Shown piece after piece: positions 19,339-29,786 of a stretch of 64,000 nt of DNA. Source of the DNA: a virus. Its lineage: Duplodnaviria; Caudoviricetes. The translations under genes were made by a program, and so were the position numbers. Within the stretch, counting starts at the first letter, position 1. Each line of letters begins with the position of its first letter. The stretch lies in the IMG/VR virus record IMGVR_UViG_3300013382_000007, positions 32,001-96,000 of that record; one strand, written 5' to 3'. The notes under the pieces were generated by a model, which did not search any database, was not told the DNA's origin, and saw only the letters and a list, made by a program, of their open reading frames with translations.

Positions 19339-21033
19339 ATGGCAATTTATCCAAAGAACTCTGGTAGCCAGGAAGTTCTTAGTCCTGGTGCACGCGGCGA
19401 AGTTTTTCAGGCAAGTCTCCCTGGATATCGTGACGGCGCGGATAGAATTAATCGCACAAATACTACTTTAAATACGGCAGCTCATGATGTTCCTAACATC
19501 AAGTATGAGCTTGACCGTCGTCTTCCAGCACTCTTCAAATACGGATTCGCTTACGGTTTCAACCAGATTGTCATTCCTAAGGGAAGAGTAGTTGCTGTTG
19601 ATCCTTACATGAATACCATCAACACTGAAATGATGGATGGTGTTGTTACTGATGAGAATGGCGTTGGGCACAGAGTTCCAAAGTCTTATAACTCTCTTAC
19701 TCTTGCTAACGGTGGCTCTCCTGTCAGACTTCGTGAAGATACTGATACTTATCCTGCTGATGCTCAGTATATTGCACCTGATATGCGTGGACAGAAGGTT
19801 AATGGCGTAGGCAAGGAATGGATTCCACTCTGTGGTATCGCAGATGCTTATAATGCAGAAACTTCTTCGTATAAGCCATTTGGCAATAAGGGGCCGAAGG
19901 AACATCTTACAAGCGCTGGCTATACAATCGGCAAGACTTCTGGCAAGGTAGAGCTTGATGGTGTACCTGTTAATAACGTCCGTCCTGGTAACTTCCCAAT
20001 TGGCATTATGGCTCGTAATGAATATACCAGAAATGATGATGCATTTAATGGCATGATGCCTGGTGGTGTTCTTACCGATGCTATGGTTGAACTTCCTTGG
20101 TTTGGCTTTAAGGATAGAGCAGAACAGAATCCTTGGGGTTCTGCATATGGTGACCTCTTCCCTGGTGCACTTGTTAAGTCTGATGAAAATGGTCGTATTA
20201 CACTTTCTCCTCTTTCTTTTGTTGAAGAGATTGGTGATCAGTTTGGCGGGTTCAATGTCGAATCTGATATTGAGAGACAGCAGGTGATTGGTCAGGTTTA
20301 TTCTGTAAACCGTGATCTGCTTCCTGAGGGTGCAGCTCGCTGGGCTACATGGGCTCTCGAAGAGAGACGCAACTTCCGTGATTTCAATCCGGATGAGTAC
20401 AGAGCAAATAATCGTGATGGCGAAGATAATACTGTAAACTCTGCATATCACACCACTGGTCAGTATCCTGGATATCCTTTCGATAATACGATTACTGAGC
20501 ATGACCTTCATATGCTTGAGTCTAAGCGTCCATACAACAAGAGAATGGCTGACACTATGCAGTATGACAATCTTGGTATCCCTGGACTTACCGATGGTAA
20601 GAATGTTGTCAAGAGAACGTTTGCATGGCAGGATGGCGCAACTGTGAATGAAGATCCTAATGCTGCTACATATAATAAGATCTTTATCCGTGCATCTGAA
20701 GTTGATATAGAGAATCTTATGATTAAGATTGATGACGGTGATCCGGTTGCTTGTGCTAAGGATGCTGTTATTAATGCAAAGGCTGCTGATGGTACTCAGG
20801 GTACATTCGCAGTTGTTGATTATGTTGATCTTAAACAGGGTCTGATTGTTATCGCAGTTAAGGACACCAATGCTGCAAATGAATATATGGAATCTAAGCT
20901 TGCTGCTAATCCTAAGGCATCTGCTGATTTCACTATCAAGATCAAGTTTGACAAGCGCGGCATCTCTGGTGTTCCTACTATGATGGACTGGGATGGATGC
21001 ATGGGCTCTGTCAAGATTCTTCTTACAAAGTAA
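19339..21033 (+). CDS. Capsid-associated structural (decoration-like) protein
   Basis: Between protease and major capsid gene; VIPKGRVVA and PGALVKSDENGR motifs; AAGGAG RBS; codon bias of a highly expressed gene. Confidence 0.7.
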   Translation: MAIYPKNSGSQEVLSPGARGEVFQASLPGYRDGADRINRTNTTLNTAAHDVPNIKYELDRRLPALFKYGFAYGFNQIVIPKGRVVAVDPYMNTINTEMMDGVVTDENGVGHRVPKSYNSLTLANGGSPVRLREDTDTYPADAQYIAPDMRGQKVNGVGKEWIPLCGIADAYNAETSSYKPFGNKGPKEHLTSAGYTIGKTSGKVELDGVPVNNVRPGNFPIGIMARNEYTRNDDAFNGMMPGGVLTDAMVELPWFGFKDRAEQNPWGSAYGDLFPGALVKSDENGRITLSPLSFVEEIGDQFGGFNVESDIERQQVIGQVYSVNRDLLPEGAARWATWALEERRNFRDFNPDEYRANNRDGEDNTVNSAYHTTGQYPGYPFDNTITEHDLHMLESKRPYNKRMADTMQYDNLGIPGLTDGKNVVKRTFAWQDGATVNEDPNAATYNKIFIRASEVDIENLMIKIDDGDPVACAKDAVINAKAADGTQGTFAVVDYVDLKQGLIVIAVKDTNAANEYMESKLAANPKASADFTIKIKFDKRGISGVPTMMDWDGCMGSVKILLTK

Positions 21034-21058
21034 TTCAGAGAGGATATAAAATATATAA

Positions 21059-22279
21059 ATGAATATCAATGGTTTTTTAAATGACATTAATACCATCAGA
21101 GAGAGTATTAATGTTGCTGAACAAAAGGGCGAGACTCCAGAGGTATCTCGCAAGTCTGTTGACCTCATGGAAAAAACCGTTCGCAATATGAACGGAGATT
21201 ATTCTACTGGTAGAGTTTCTATTCAGGAGGCAATTACAACTACTGACACTGTTAGACTCATCCCTAAGATTATTGAAGGTCAGATGAGAGAAGCTGCTGA
21301 GCCTGAGTATCTTGGTACGAACTTCATGCAGCATGTCACTGTTGATACTGGAAATTCTGTTACATATGTTATCCCTGTTGCTGGTGAGATTCACGCTCAC
21401 GAGGTCGGCGAAGGTACTAGATATAATGAGGACAATGTTGAGTTCAACACTGTTGAGAACGGCCAGCTCGAAGTCCGTGTCAAGAAGGTTGGATGCAGAG
21501 TCTCCATTACTGAAGAGGCAATTTCCGATTCTTCTTGGGATATCTTAGGCATTAACACGAGAAAGATGGGTCGTGCAATGGCTCGTTATAAGGAAGAAAT
21601 GATCTTCCAGAACTTCTCGACTCATGGACATGTTGTCTTTGATAATAACCTCAGATCTCAGAATGAGGCATTTGGTACGACTGGTAGAGGTATCGATGGT
21701 GCATTCAATGATACCATGTCTGTTGAGGACTTCCTCGATCTTGTTCTCGTTCTTATGTCCAATGGTTTCAATCCTACTGATGTTATCATGCATCCGCTGA
21801 CTTGGGTTGTCTTTGCTCGTAACACTATGCTTGGCAACGGTCTGACTTATGGTGCATTCAATGGTCAGTATGTCCATCCGAACAACATGGTTCAGGGCAC
21901 TCCTGCTGCATTTGGTCTTGCAAACAATGGCGCTGCACAGCCTCTTATTGTTAAGCCTGAGCAGGTTCAGAATCGTCTTCCTATGCCCCTTGCAATCAAT
22001 CTTACTCCTTATGTTCACTTTGATAAGATCGCTAAGAGATTTGATATGTATTGCATCGATAGAGCAGAGGTTGGTGTCCTTGTTGAGAAGGAAGGACTCA
22101 CGACTGAGAACTGGACAAATCCTGAGCTTGATATCCGTAACCTGAAGGCTAAGGAGCGTTATGGTGTTGGTATTCTTAATAACGGTAAGGCTATTACTGT
22201 TTGCCAGAACCTCGCTGTTGCTGCTACATATCCTACTCCTCCGGTTGTTAAGATTCAGAATGAGCCTATTGGCGGTTAA
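21059..22279 (+). CDS. Major capsid protein (HK97 fold)
   Basis: LIPKIIE...EAAEP, EVGEG, VKKVGCRVSITEEAISDS, PTDVIMHP, KERYGVG; strong codon bias; followed by a terminator. Confidence 0.9.
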   Translation: MNINGFLNDINTIRESINVAEQKGETPEVSRKSVDLMEKTVRNMNGDYSTGRVSIQEAITTTDTVRLIPKIIEGQMREAAEPEYLGTNFMQHVTVDTGNSVTYVIPVAGEIHAHEVGEGTRYNEDNVEFNTVENGQLEVRVKKVGCRVSITEEAISDSSWDILGINTRKMGRAMARYKEEMIFQNFSTHGHVVFDNNLRSQNEAFGTTGRGIDGAFNDTMSVEDFLDLVLVLMSNGFNPTDVIMHPLTWVVFARNTMLGNGLTYGAFNGQYVHPNNMVQGTPAAFGLANNGAAQPLIVKPEQVQNRLPMPLAINLTPYVHFDKIAKRFDMYCIDRAEVGVLVEKEGLTTENWTNPELDIRNLKAKERYGVGILNNGKAITVCQNLAVAATYPTPPVVKIQNEPIGG

Positions 22280-22326
22280 AATAAATAATAGCCATCTTAA
22301 AGAGTCACGCTAATATAGATTAAAAA

Positions 22327-22376
22327 AATGACCATAGACCTATTATTATAATATGGTCTATGGTCATTATATTTTT
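22327..22376 (+). terminator. Intrinsic terminator after the major capsid gene
   Basis: AATGACCATAGACC / GGTCTATGGTCATT perfect 14-bp stem followed by a T-rich tail. Confidence 0.8.
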
Positions 22377-22412
22377 ATTCAAACAATTTTATTTGAGAGG
22401 AATTTAATTTAA

Positions 22413-22964
22413 ATGAAAGAAATTGCAACAGTGAAGCTTGCTCCAGGCAATGTAGCCTTTTATGATGAGCTTACTAAGATTCATCTGACGCTTAGTAACC
22501 CTTATGCTAAGATCTATGAAGGTATGAATCTCAAACGCATTAAGGCATCTGTAAAATATGGCACCCTTCGTGTCGTTGTCGGTTCTCTTGTTACTGATAC
22601 GGTTACCGAAGTTCCGGTTAAAACTATCCATGATCCTATAGAGCCAAAACAGACAACTGTGCCTGAAGTTAAGATTCAGAATATAGAGACCAAGCCTGCT
22701 GTAGAAGAGACAGAGTCTAAAGAAGATATCATCGCTCCAGTTATTGAAGACCCAAAGGCTGACGATGCTACAGTAGAAGACATCGTTGCAGAAACTGTTC
22801 CAGCTGTTGAAACTCCAAAAAGCGAAGCTGAATCAGAAACTGAATCCGAATCAGATATTAACCAAGAACAACCTGAAAAAGAAGCACCGAAGCCTAAGCG
22901 TGGGCGCAAAAAAGCAGCTGCTACTACAGAAACTGTTGAATCTACTGATAATACAGAGGCATAA
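22413..22964 (+). CDS. Putative virion protein with acidic disordered tail
   Basis: GAGAGGA RBS; folded N-terminal ~60 aa, then E/P/T-rich region and KPKRGRKK. Confidence 0.75.
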   Translation: MKEIATVKLAPGNVAFYDELTKIHLTLSNPYAKIYEGMNLKRIKASVKYGTLRVVVGSLVTDTVTEVPVKTIHDPIEPKQTTVPEVKIQNIETKPAVEETESKEDIIAPVIEDPKADDATVEDIVAETVPAVETPKSEAESETESESDINQEQPEKEAPKPKRGRKKAAATTETVESTDNTEA

Positions 22965-22967
22965 TAC

Positions 22968-23039
22968 ATGGCTTGTAAAACAAAAACCAAAACCAAAACT
23001 ACTAAACCAAAGAGTAGTGGTAAAGGTAAGTGTAAGTAA
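22968..23039 (+). CDS. 23-aa Lys-rich microprotein MACKTKTKTKTTKPKSSGKGKCK (not in ORF track)
   Basis: GAGG at ~22956-59, ATG 22968, TAA 23037-39; fills the gap between two structural genes. Confidence 0.6.
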   Translation: MACKTKTKTKTTKPKSSGKGKCK

Positions 23040-23065
23040 TTATTTTTAGAAAGGTATAACAACTG

Positions 23066-23845
23066 ATGTATAGAGAATTTAATTTTACATCAATAGATAC
23101 TGATGCAAAAAATAAAAACATAACAGTTGTTATGACGGCTGCAATTGATGAATCTACTGTTCATGGAGACAACATCCAATTGCTTGATTGTACAACCAAT
23201 CATTTTGTTTTAATAAATTACGAAGTTGATATAGAGAAGCTAATTATAACTCTTCCTGATTATCCATTGCCTAACAGTAGATATTCACTGGTTATAAAAG
23301 GAATCAAAGACATAACTGGTAATGCACTTTTAAGAGGTATCAATTATATTGTTGAATTTACAAGCGCAATTAAAACAGAAGCCAAATTTATTAAACCAGC
23401 TTTTTCAGAAGAAGTAACAGATGATCTTGTATTTAGTTTACAAGAGTATGTCCCCGAGAAAGATGTTCCACATAAAGATGATATAAAATTCTACAATTCA
23501 TTTTTAATTGAAGTATCTCTTGATAACCTATTTAATAATATTATCTTTCGTACAGAATTAATTGATCGCAATAGTATGACTGTAATGGATCTTCAGAACG
23601 GTCAATATTATGCAAGAGCAAGGGTACAAAATAATAATGAGTATGGTATCTGGGGTCCAATAATCACTTTTGTACTAAATAAGCAAGAAAAAGAAGAACC
23701 AGATGAGCCCATCTTCTATAAACCATTAACAATTGTCTCTGTACCTAAAGACGGTGATGATGCATCTTCTTTCTATATTGAGATGAGTGAAGAAGCTGAT
23801 GAAGATACTCTTGATTCTATCAAGGTATATAGGAGGATGCTATAA
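23066..23845 (+). CDS. Ig-like/FN3-domain structural protein
   Basis: Big_5-like N-terminus (ITVVMTAAIDESTV...YSLVIKGIKDITG) and FN3-like segment LQNGQYYARARV..YGIWG. Confidence 0.7.
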   Translation: MYREFNFTSIDTDAKNKNITVVMTAAIDESTVHGDNIQLLDCTTNHFVLINYEVDIEKLIITLPDYPLPNSRYSLVIKGIKDITGNALLRGINYIVEFTSAIKTEAKFIKPAFSEEVTDDLVFSLQEYVPEKDVPHKDDIKFYNSFLIEVSLDNLFNNIIFRTELIDRNSMTVMDLQNGQYYARARVQNNNEYGIWGPIITFVLNKQEKEEPDEPIFYKPLTIVSVPKDGDDASSFYIEMSEEADEDTLDSIKVYRRML

Positions 23846-24474
23846 TGCTTGAACCAGTTGAATGTACTATACGAACAATTGATAATTATATAGAGATTAC
23901 TCCTACTGATGGTATTAAAGATAATAATATCTATGAGATAAAAATAGGTCATTTAAAAGCGGCTCATGGCCAATCAGAACTAAGCAATCAGAAGATTCTT
24001 GTTTATACTAAAATAACCCCATCGTATGGCACAATAGAAGGAGTCAGAGCACTACTTCATAATTGTGACCTACCTGATTCTGTTATTTTATATAATATAC
24101 GAGATGCATCAAGGTTCGTTGAATATGTAACCAAGAAGAAATATAGTGAGAACGATGTGCCATTTAATGTATTTCAATTCGTTAAATATAAGGCAGCATA
24201 TGATTCTCTGATAAGTTTCTGTGTTAATGGAATCACATCAGGTACAGATAAAGGTACTATGGGTGATGTTTCTTACGAGAATTCTTTTTCTGTAGGCGAC
24301 CTGACTGATCTTCTTAAATTTCTTAAGGCAGAAGCAGATAAATGGTATGATGCATTATTCGATGCAATGTATACTGGTCCTGCTCATCCGAAGATAACTG
24401 TGAAAGCTAGTTATATTCTTCATACAGACATACGAAATGATAATCCACCTCGTAGATCTTATATGTTTACCTGA
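23845..24474 (+). CDS. Neck/head-tail adaptor protein
   Basis: Position after the capsid genes; YGTIEGVR and GDVSYE adaptor-like motifs; coupled by TAATG. Confidence 0.6.
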   Translation: MLEPVECTIRTIDNYIEITPTDGIKDNNIYEIKIGHLKAAHGQSELSNQKILVYTKITPSYGTIEGVRALLHNCDLPDSVILYNIRDASRFVEYVTKKKYSENDVPFNVFQFVKYKAAYDSLISFCVNGITSGTDKGTMGDVSYENSFSVGDLTDLLKFLKAEADKWYDALFDAMYTGPAHPKITVKASYILHTDIRNDNPPRRSYMFT

Positions 24475-24486
24475 GGTGATTAAAGC

Positions 24487-24927
24487 ATGACATACCATGA
24501 TTCATTTCAACATGTTATAAAAAGATATTCCAGAAAACTTATGCTAATTAAGTTAGATAAGAATGTAAGGTGTAAATGCCATTTGCCTGGGTCTAATGAT
24601 CCAGATCCTGCTTGTCCAAAATGTTTAGGCACAGGATATAGGATTAAAATCTATGAAATAAATGGCGCACCACAAACTTCTACTAACCCAACAACATTCA
24701 GACAAACAAATCAGATTGCTATTATAACATATTTCTATTTATTAGATGATGTTGTAATAGACAGAGACGATTTGATAGTGTATGATAATCAGGCATTTAT
24801 AGTTGAAAACACTGCTCGTAATGTTGGTTTCAACGCAAGATTCTGTTATACTAAGGCTGCCGGTATTCCTAAACGATTAGATAATAATATATTCTGGATT
24901 AATTACCATAATATTATAGGATCATAA
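24487..24927 (+). CDS. Neck/head-closure protein with Zn-finger
   Basis: CKC...CPKCLGTGY; C-terminal DRDDLIVYDNQAFIVE is typical of head-closure proteins. Confidence 0.6.
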   Translation: MTYHDSFQHVIKRYSRKLMLIKLDKNVRCKCHLPGSNDPDPACPKCLGTGYRIKIYEINGAPQTSTNPTTFRQTNQIAIITYFYLLDDVVIDRDDLIVYDNQAFIVENTARNVGFNARFCYTKAAGIPKRLDNNIFWINYHNIIGS

Positions 24928-24933
24928 TAATAT

Positions 24934-25932
24934 ATGTTAGAGTATAAAGATGAGTCTATACTTGTAATTGGCGAAGGAACAACCAATTATAAAGTAAATG
25001 TTATCAATGAGATAAAGACTTTAAAAGAAATCGAAAAATACGGTCTTGATTCTCAATTATATGAAGCATATGATTGTGCATCCGTATTTAAAGCAACTAC
25101 TCACTTTTATGTATTAAATATGAGATATGATACTGATTATCCAGAAATCATAGAATCATTAATACAAAGTGATTTCACATATATAGTTCCAATTAATATA
25201 AGACTGTCAGACAAGATTTACGTTGAATCTGAAAATAGAAAGATTCCATATGCTGAATACTTGTTAAATAATATAAAAGATTCAAACTTATCTACAATCA
25301 TTATGACTGACAACCATGCTTCCCTATATAATGATATAGACCAATATATAAATGATATGGAGGCGAAGATTAATCTATTCAAAGATTTATCTATTGGTAT
25401 AAATACATATGGGCGTAACCTTATTTTTATTGCCAATAACTTAGCCGACTATAGCTTTGGTAATGTAGTTGCAGCCTGCATGCTAAAATCCTCTCCATAT
25501 AAAGATTATCCGTTACAGAGTTGTGGTGAAGCAGTATTTGATATAGATAAACACGATGTAAGATCCAAAGAATTTGCATTCTTTAAATATAATATCAAAA
25601 GATCTGCCACAATAGAAAATTTCAATAATTTCAGTATATCAAATGATCAGGATAAATATGTACCAATCAACAGAGTTATAAAATATATTCAAAGATATCT
25701 TGATTTATCAGAATTCTGCGGCAAGATATATAATGAATATCTGAAAGTTTTAATTATAGATAAACTCGATGTATTATTATCGACACTTGTGAATTATGCA
25801 ATAACTGATTATAATATTCTGTCTTGTGAATTTGTGAATGACACTCAATCAAAAACCATAATAGTATTGAATGAAATCAGCATCACGCCAATAAATTCAA
25901 TAGAAAAATATAAATTATATATTGAGGCATAA
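24934..25932 (+). CDS. Short tail-sheath paralog
   Basis: SILVIGEG resembles sheath SVLVLGTA; C-terminal LSEFCGK...ITDYNI...ISITPINSIEK resembles sheath CEPFIGR...IKDFDF...YVIVPYYEIRQ. Confidence 0.65.
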   Translation: MLEYKDESILVIGEGTTNYKVNVINEIKTLKEIEKYGLDSQLYEAYDCASVFKATTHFYVLNMRYDTDYPEIIESLIQSDFTYIVPINIRLSDKIYVESENRKIPYAEYLLNNIKDSNLSTIIMTDNHASLYNDIDQYINDMEAKINLFKDLSIGINTYGRNLIFIANNLADYSFGNVVAACMLKSSPYKDYPLQSCGEAVFDIDKHDVRSKEFAFFKYNIKRSATIENFNNFSISNDQDKYVPINRVIKYIQRYLDLSEFCGKIYNEYLKVLIIDKLDVLLSTLVNYAITDYNILSCEFVNDTQSKTIIVLNEISITPINSIEKYKLYIEA

Positions 25933-25935
25933 AAT

Positions 25936-26664
25936 ATGTTAAATGATAAAATCAATGACATTAATGATGTCGATGAATTTGAAATTCTGTTGAACAATAA
26001 GCGTGAACATGAAAGACATTATATAGAATCAAAAGATAAAGAACAGATTGCCAATAGTACTCCAATGACTGCTGATGCTAACTGTTCTTGCTTTGATTTT
26101 ATAAAGATGGTTCAACGTATTGTAAGTCTCGATTTAAAAGATTATAATATAGATTTTTCAAGCGACAGACTTGCTTATAAAGCAGATGATATTCAGATTA
26201 ATTTAGACAGACCAATTATAACATATCAAACTATATCACGAGTTCCTATCAGAGAATTAAAGCCAATGCAAAGATATGATGTCATGGATGACAAAGCAAA
26301 TCTTATAGGCAATGTATATGCACAACGTTATGAATGCATTATACAGTTTAATATCTTTGCAAGTGTATATAATTTAGCTGAAGAAGTAATGAGTAGTTTT
26401 GAAGATATGATGATTAAATATGCTGGATATTTTAAACGCAATGGCGTAGCAGAACTACTTTTTAAAGAAGAAATATCAGATTCTGATTATAATTTATATC
26501 GTCAGGTTGTATCCGTAAGAAATATAAGATATAAAGTTCACATTGATAAAATGTATAACAATCTATCTCCTATTATTAATGATGCAATAATAAATGATGT
26601 TACAGATGATGCTACAATCAACCATTACGTAGGCAAGCACATTTCGTCTCAAAAAATAAATTAA
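25936..26664 (+). CDS. Tail completion/terminator-like protein
   Basis: Immediately before the sheath gene; RPIITY and IQFNIFA...AEEVM pattern. Confidence 0.55.
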   Translation: MLNDKINDINDVDEFEILLNNKREHERHYIESKDKEQIANSTPMTADANCSCFDFIKMVQRIVSLDLKDYNIDFSSDRLAYKADDIQINLDRPIITYQTISRVPIRELKPMQRYDVMDDKANLIGNVYAQRYECIIQFNIFASVYNLAEEVMSSFEDMMIKYAGYFKRNGVAELLFKEEISDSDYNLYRQVVSVRNIRYKVHIDKMYNNLSPIINDAIINDVTDDATINHYVGKHISSQKIN

Positions 26665-26699
26665 CGTTAATTTTGGAAAAATTGAGGAGGAGCCAATTA

Positions 26700-29636
26700 A
26701 TGGCACAAACAACTTCCATTTTCTTTCAGGATGAATTACTCCCTGGTGTATTAACCGAGATCCAGCAGGATTATAATTATGGTTATTATACTACTACTTG
26801 GGGCACCACGTCATCAGTACTTGTTTTAGGTACTGCATTTACTGGCCCTCTTAATAAGGTTGTAAAGATTTATAGTCCTGAACACGCACTCTTTGTTTTT
26901 GGTAATACATATGATTCTGCTAATCATAAAGAGGCTTCACTTGTTACTGGTATCCAGGATGTATATGATAAAGGATGCAGATCCATTTATGCTTGCCGTA
27001 TAGCCGGTAAGGATATTTATAAGGATTTCGAGCTTGCTCCAAACCTTGGTTACAAGCTCCGTGTATCTGGTGCATATCCGTCTAATGAGTGCAAGGATAT
27101 GTATATCAGATTCGTAAATGATGGTATTCACCTTAAACTGATTTATTATAAGCCAGCTGATAGATCCACTATCTATGAGAAGATGAATGGTGTCGTCGAT
27201 TCTGCTGATTCTATGATTGAAACTGTTCTTGATCTTAGTGGCACTTGGGGTTATACTTCTGAGACTAAGATTTCTGAACTTATCAATCTCTTTAATACAT
27301 ATAGAACCAATAATGTTTTAAGACTCAGTATTGTTAAGGATGGCGTAGATGTTACTTCTACTGATCCTGAGGCTCAGAATCTTCCTATCGCTTCTATCTT
27401 CAGCGGTATGTACTTTATAGGCAGAGATAAGAATCTGTGCGATGCATTTACCCTCGTAGATGATAAGCTTGCAGAAACTGATAATCTTTGGAAGAAGCGC
27501 ACAAATGTCAATACCTTCAGAGTGCTTAAGATAAATACTGATATCAACGCATCGTATCCTATCGCTGGTGAATATGATGCACTCAGAAATATCTTTACTG
27601 CTGTTACTACTACTTCAACATTTGACTTTGTTGATAATGTGGCTAATATCGATCTCCTTTATGGTAAGGATGATACTGATTATGAGCAGGTAGATATCTC
27701 TGGTTTTGATCTCTATAAGGCTCTTGGTTCAGGTTTTGCTACTACGGCTCATATTGAACTTAAGAATCCTGATATCCAGAATCCTACTGAAAAGGACTAT
27801 GTAGTTAAGGAAACTGGTGAAGATAATACAAATAGAATTGTAGCTATCTCTGATGGTCTCTATTCTATGCTTCAGAATGTTCCTACCGATTATAGAGTTC
27901 TTGCACATTCTTCTGCTATTGAAAGTATGGATACAAAGCTTCCGAGTAAAAAGGAATTCCTTACTAAGGTTGCTGGCGACATTCAGTTTATTAAGACTGA
28001 TGACGACAAGAAAGCAATTAGAATCACTCCTATAGTTAACGATGATACTGATATCTCTGATACCAATAAGTTTTCGTTTGACCTGTCTATAGTCGCTGAT
28101 GATACTATTGTTCCTGTAGAGACCAAAGATTGTGCTGCTACTCATACTGCTAAGGCAATTGCAGTTGTAACTGATAATTCTGCTGATAGCATCAAAGGTA
28201 TCAAAGATGGCGAAACCTTTGCTATCAAGACTGAAGATTCTTATGATATCTTCCTCATGAGAAATGGTACTCAAGTTTCAATTGACGGTATGAAGTCTGT
28301 CTTTGATGGTGAGTACTTCTTCGATGTAGAAAATGGTAAGATTCTTAAGGTTACCTATTCAGAAAACCAGACTGCTCCTGCAAAGACATATGCTGTTACT
28401 GCTATGGACTATTCTACTTATACTGCTGATTCAATCAGTGATGGCGGCAAAGCAAACTTCCTTGTTTCTCTTGATAATAATACTTTCGTAGCTAAATATG
28501 ATGAAACATCTAACAAGGCTGACATTATTGGTTCTATTGATCAGGTTCTTACTTCTGATGCTTCTGGTATTTATGTAATCCCTGCTCTTCACAATAGTGG
28601 CAATACTCATAAGATTATTATCACTGAGGATTATGCAAGCGCTAATACTTATGAGTCGTTTATGCACGACTTAGAGTCTGCTCTTGGCAAATCTTTTACA
28701 TTTGAATATGCAGAGAATTTTGAGTCCTATAAAAATGAATATCTTAATAGCGATGCAGCTACATTAAATAATCAGACTACTGTTGCTGGGTTATTTGCAA
28801 AGCAAGTATTTGATACTACTAAGTATATTCCTTATAAGACTACTGACAATCTTGCTAGACAGCTTGCACAGCATTGCACATATACTTCTATCAAGACTGG
28901 TTCTACTCATGGTATTATTGGTTATCGTAAGATAAGCGATACTTCTATTACCGGTATTGCTAAAGTCGTTGATCAGGCATGCAAGACTGACTTTGACTTA
29001 TATGCTAAGAGACCTAATGGCAAGTATATGCTTGACAAGGATAGTTCTCCATATAATATTGGCAAGAATATCTCCATGACATTTGGCTGCTACTATGTAA
29101 CCACTGCTGATGGTTATAAGTATGTTTCTAATGGCGCTGGTGGATATGCTGGTATGATTTCTGCTCTTTCTATAGATCAGTCTTCTACTAATCAGCCAAT
29201 CGATATTGACGAGCTTCCATTTGAATTAACTAATTATCAGCTTGAGAATCTTACCAACGCTGGATTTGTTACATTCAAGAATTCTTATACTAAGGGCACT
29301 GTTGTTACTGATGGTATCACGATGGCACCTAATACTTCTGCATTTAAGAGACTTAGCACCACAAGGATTACCGGTTTCATTGAGACCTTAATTCGTAGTG
29401 CATGTGAGCCATTTATTGGTCGTCAAAATAACCTTGCAAATCGTAATTCTATTAAGACTGCTGTTAACTCCGCACTCTATAAGATTATGGGTACTCTGAT
29501 CAAGGATTTTGATTTCACAATCACCTCTGATCTTTCTCAGCAGAAGCTTGGCATAATCGATATCGATTATGTAATCGTTCCTTATTATGAGATTCGTCAG
29601 ATCCGTAATAGAATCACTATTAAGGATTCTATATAA
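26700..29636 (+). CDS. Tail sheath protein
   Basis: ATG 26700 after GAGGAGG; LPGVLTE, GTAFTGPLN, YAGMIS..STNQ, VTDGIT, EPFIGR, VPYYEIRQI contractile-sheath motifs; large central insertion. Confidence 0.9.
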   Translation: MAQTTSIFFQDELLPGVLTEIQQDYNYGYYTTTWGTTSSVLVLGTAFTGPLNKVVKIYSPEHALFVFGNTYDSANHKEASLVTGIQDVYDKGCRSIYACRIAGKDIYKDFELAPNLGYKLRVSGAYPSNECKDMYIRFVNDGIHLKLIYYKPADRSTIYEKMNGVVDSADSMIETVLDLSGTWGYTSETKISELINLFNTYRTNNVLRLSIVKDGVDVTSTDPEAQNLPIASIFSGMYFIGRDKNLCDAFTLVDDKLAETDNLWKKRTNVNTFRVLKINTDINASYPIAGEYDALRNIFTAVTTTSTFDFVDNVANIDLLYGKDDTDYEQVDISGFDLYKALGSGFATTAHIELKNPDIQNPTEKDYVVKETGEDNTNRIVAISDGLYSMLQNVPTDYRVLAHSSAIESMDTKLPSKKEFLTKVAGDIQFIKTDDDKKAIRITPIVNDDTDISDTNKFSFDLSIVADDTIVPVETKDCAATHTAKAIAVVTDNSADSIKGIKDGETFAIKTEDSYDIFLMRNGTQVSIDGMKSVFDGEYFFDVENGKILKVTYSENQTAPAKTYAVTAMDYSTYTADSISDGGKANFLVSLDNNTFVAKYDETSNKADIIGSIDQVLTSDASGIYVIPALHNSGNTHKIIITEDYASANTYESFMHDLESALGKSFTFEYAENFESYKNEYLNSDAATLNNQTTVAGLFAKQVFDTTKYIPYKTTDNLARQLAQHCTYTSIKTGSTHGIIGYRKISDTSITGIAKVVDQACKTDFDLYAKRPNGKYMLDKDSSPYNIGKNISMTFGCYYVTTADGYKYVSNGAGGYAGMISALSIDQSSTNQPIDIDELPFELTNYQLENLTNAGFVTFKNSYTKGTVVTDGITMAPNTSAFKRLSTTRITGFIETLIRSACEPFIGRQNNLANRNSIKTAVNSALYKIMGTLIKDFDFTITSDLSQQKLGIIDIDYVIVPYYEIRQIRNRITIKDSI

Positions 29637-29657
29637 TTGATATGAGGTACAATATAA

Positions 29658-29786
29658 ATGAACGATAATACTTCAGTTGAAAAATATACAGAAACTTATA
29701 CTTCTTTTAGCGGCGCTGATATCGTAGCTTCATTCAATGGAGTTGTGATTGGTGAGCTTCAGGGTATAACGTATTCAGTTTCAAGA
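29658..29786 (+). CDS. Major tail tube protein, exon 1 (not in ORF track)
   Basis: GAGGT RBS; MNDNTSVEKYTETYTSFSGADIVASFNGVVIGELQGITYSVSR is homologous to the start of the paralog at 30858 (TYTSFSGADMVA...LQTISYS). Confidence 0.88.

Noticed and set aside
19468-21186. 572-aa reverse-strand ORF overlapping the capsid genes
   Set aside because: Antisense shadow of strongly codon-biased genes; Ile/Ser/His-rich composition, no motif, no evident RBS.
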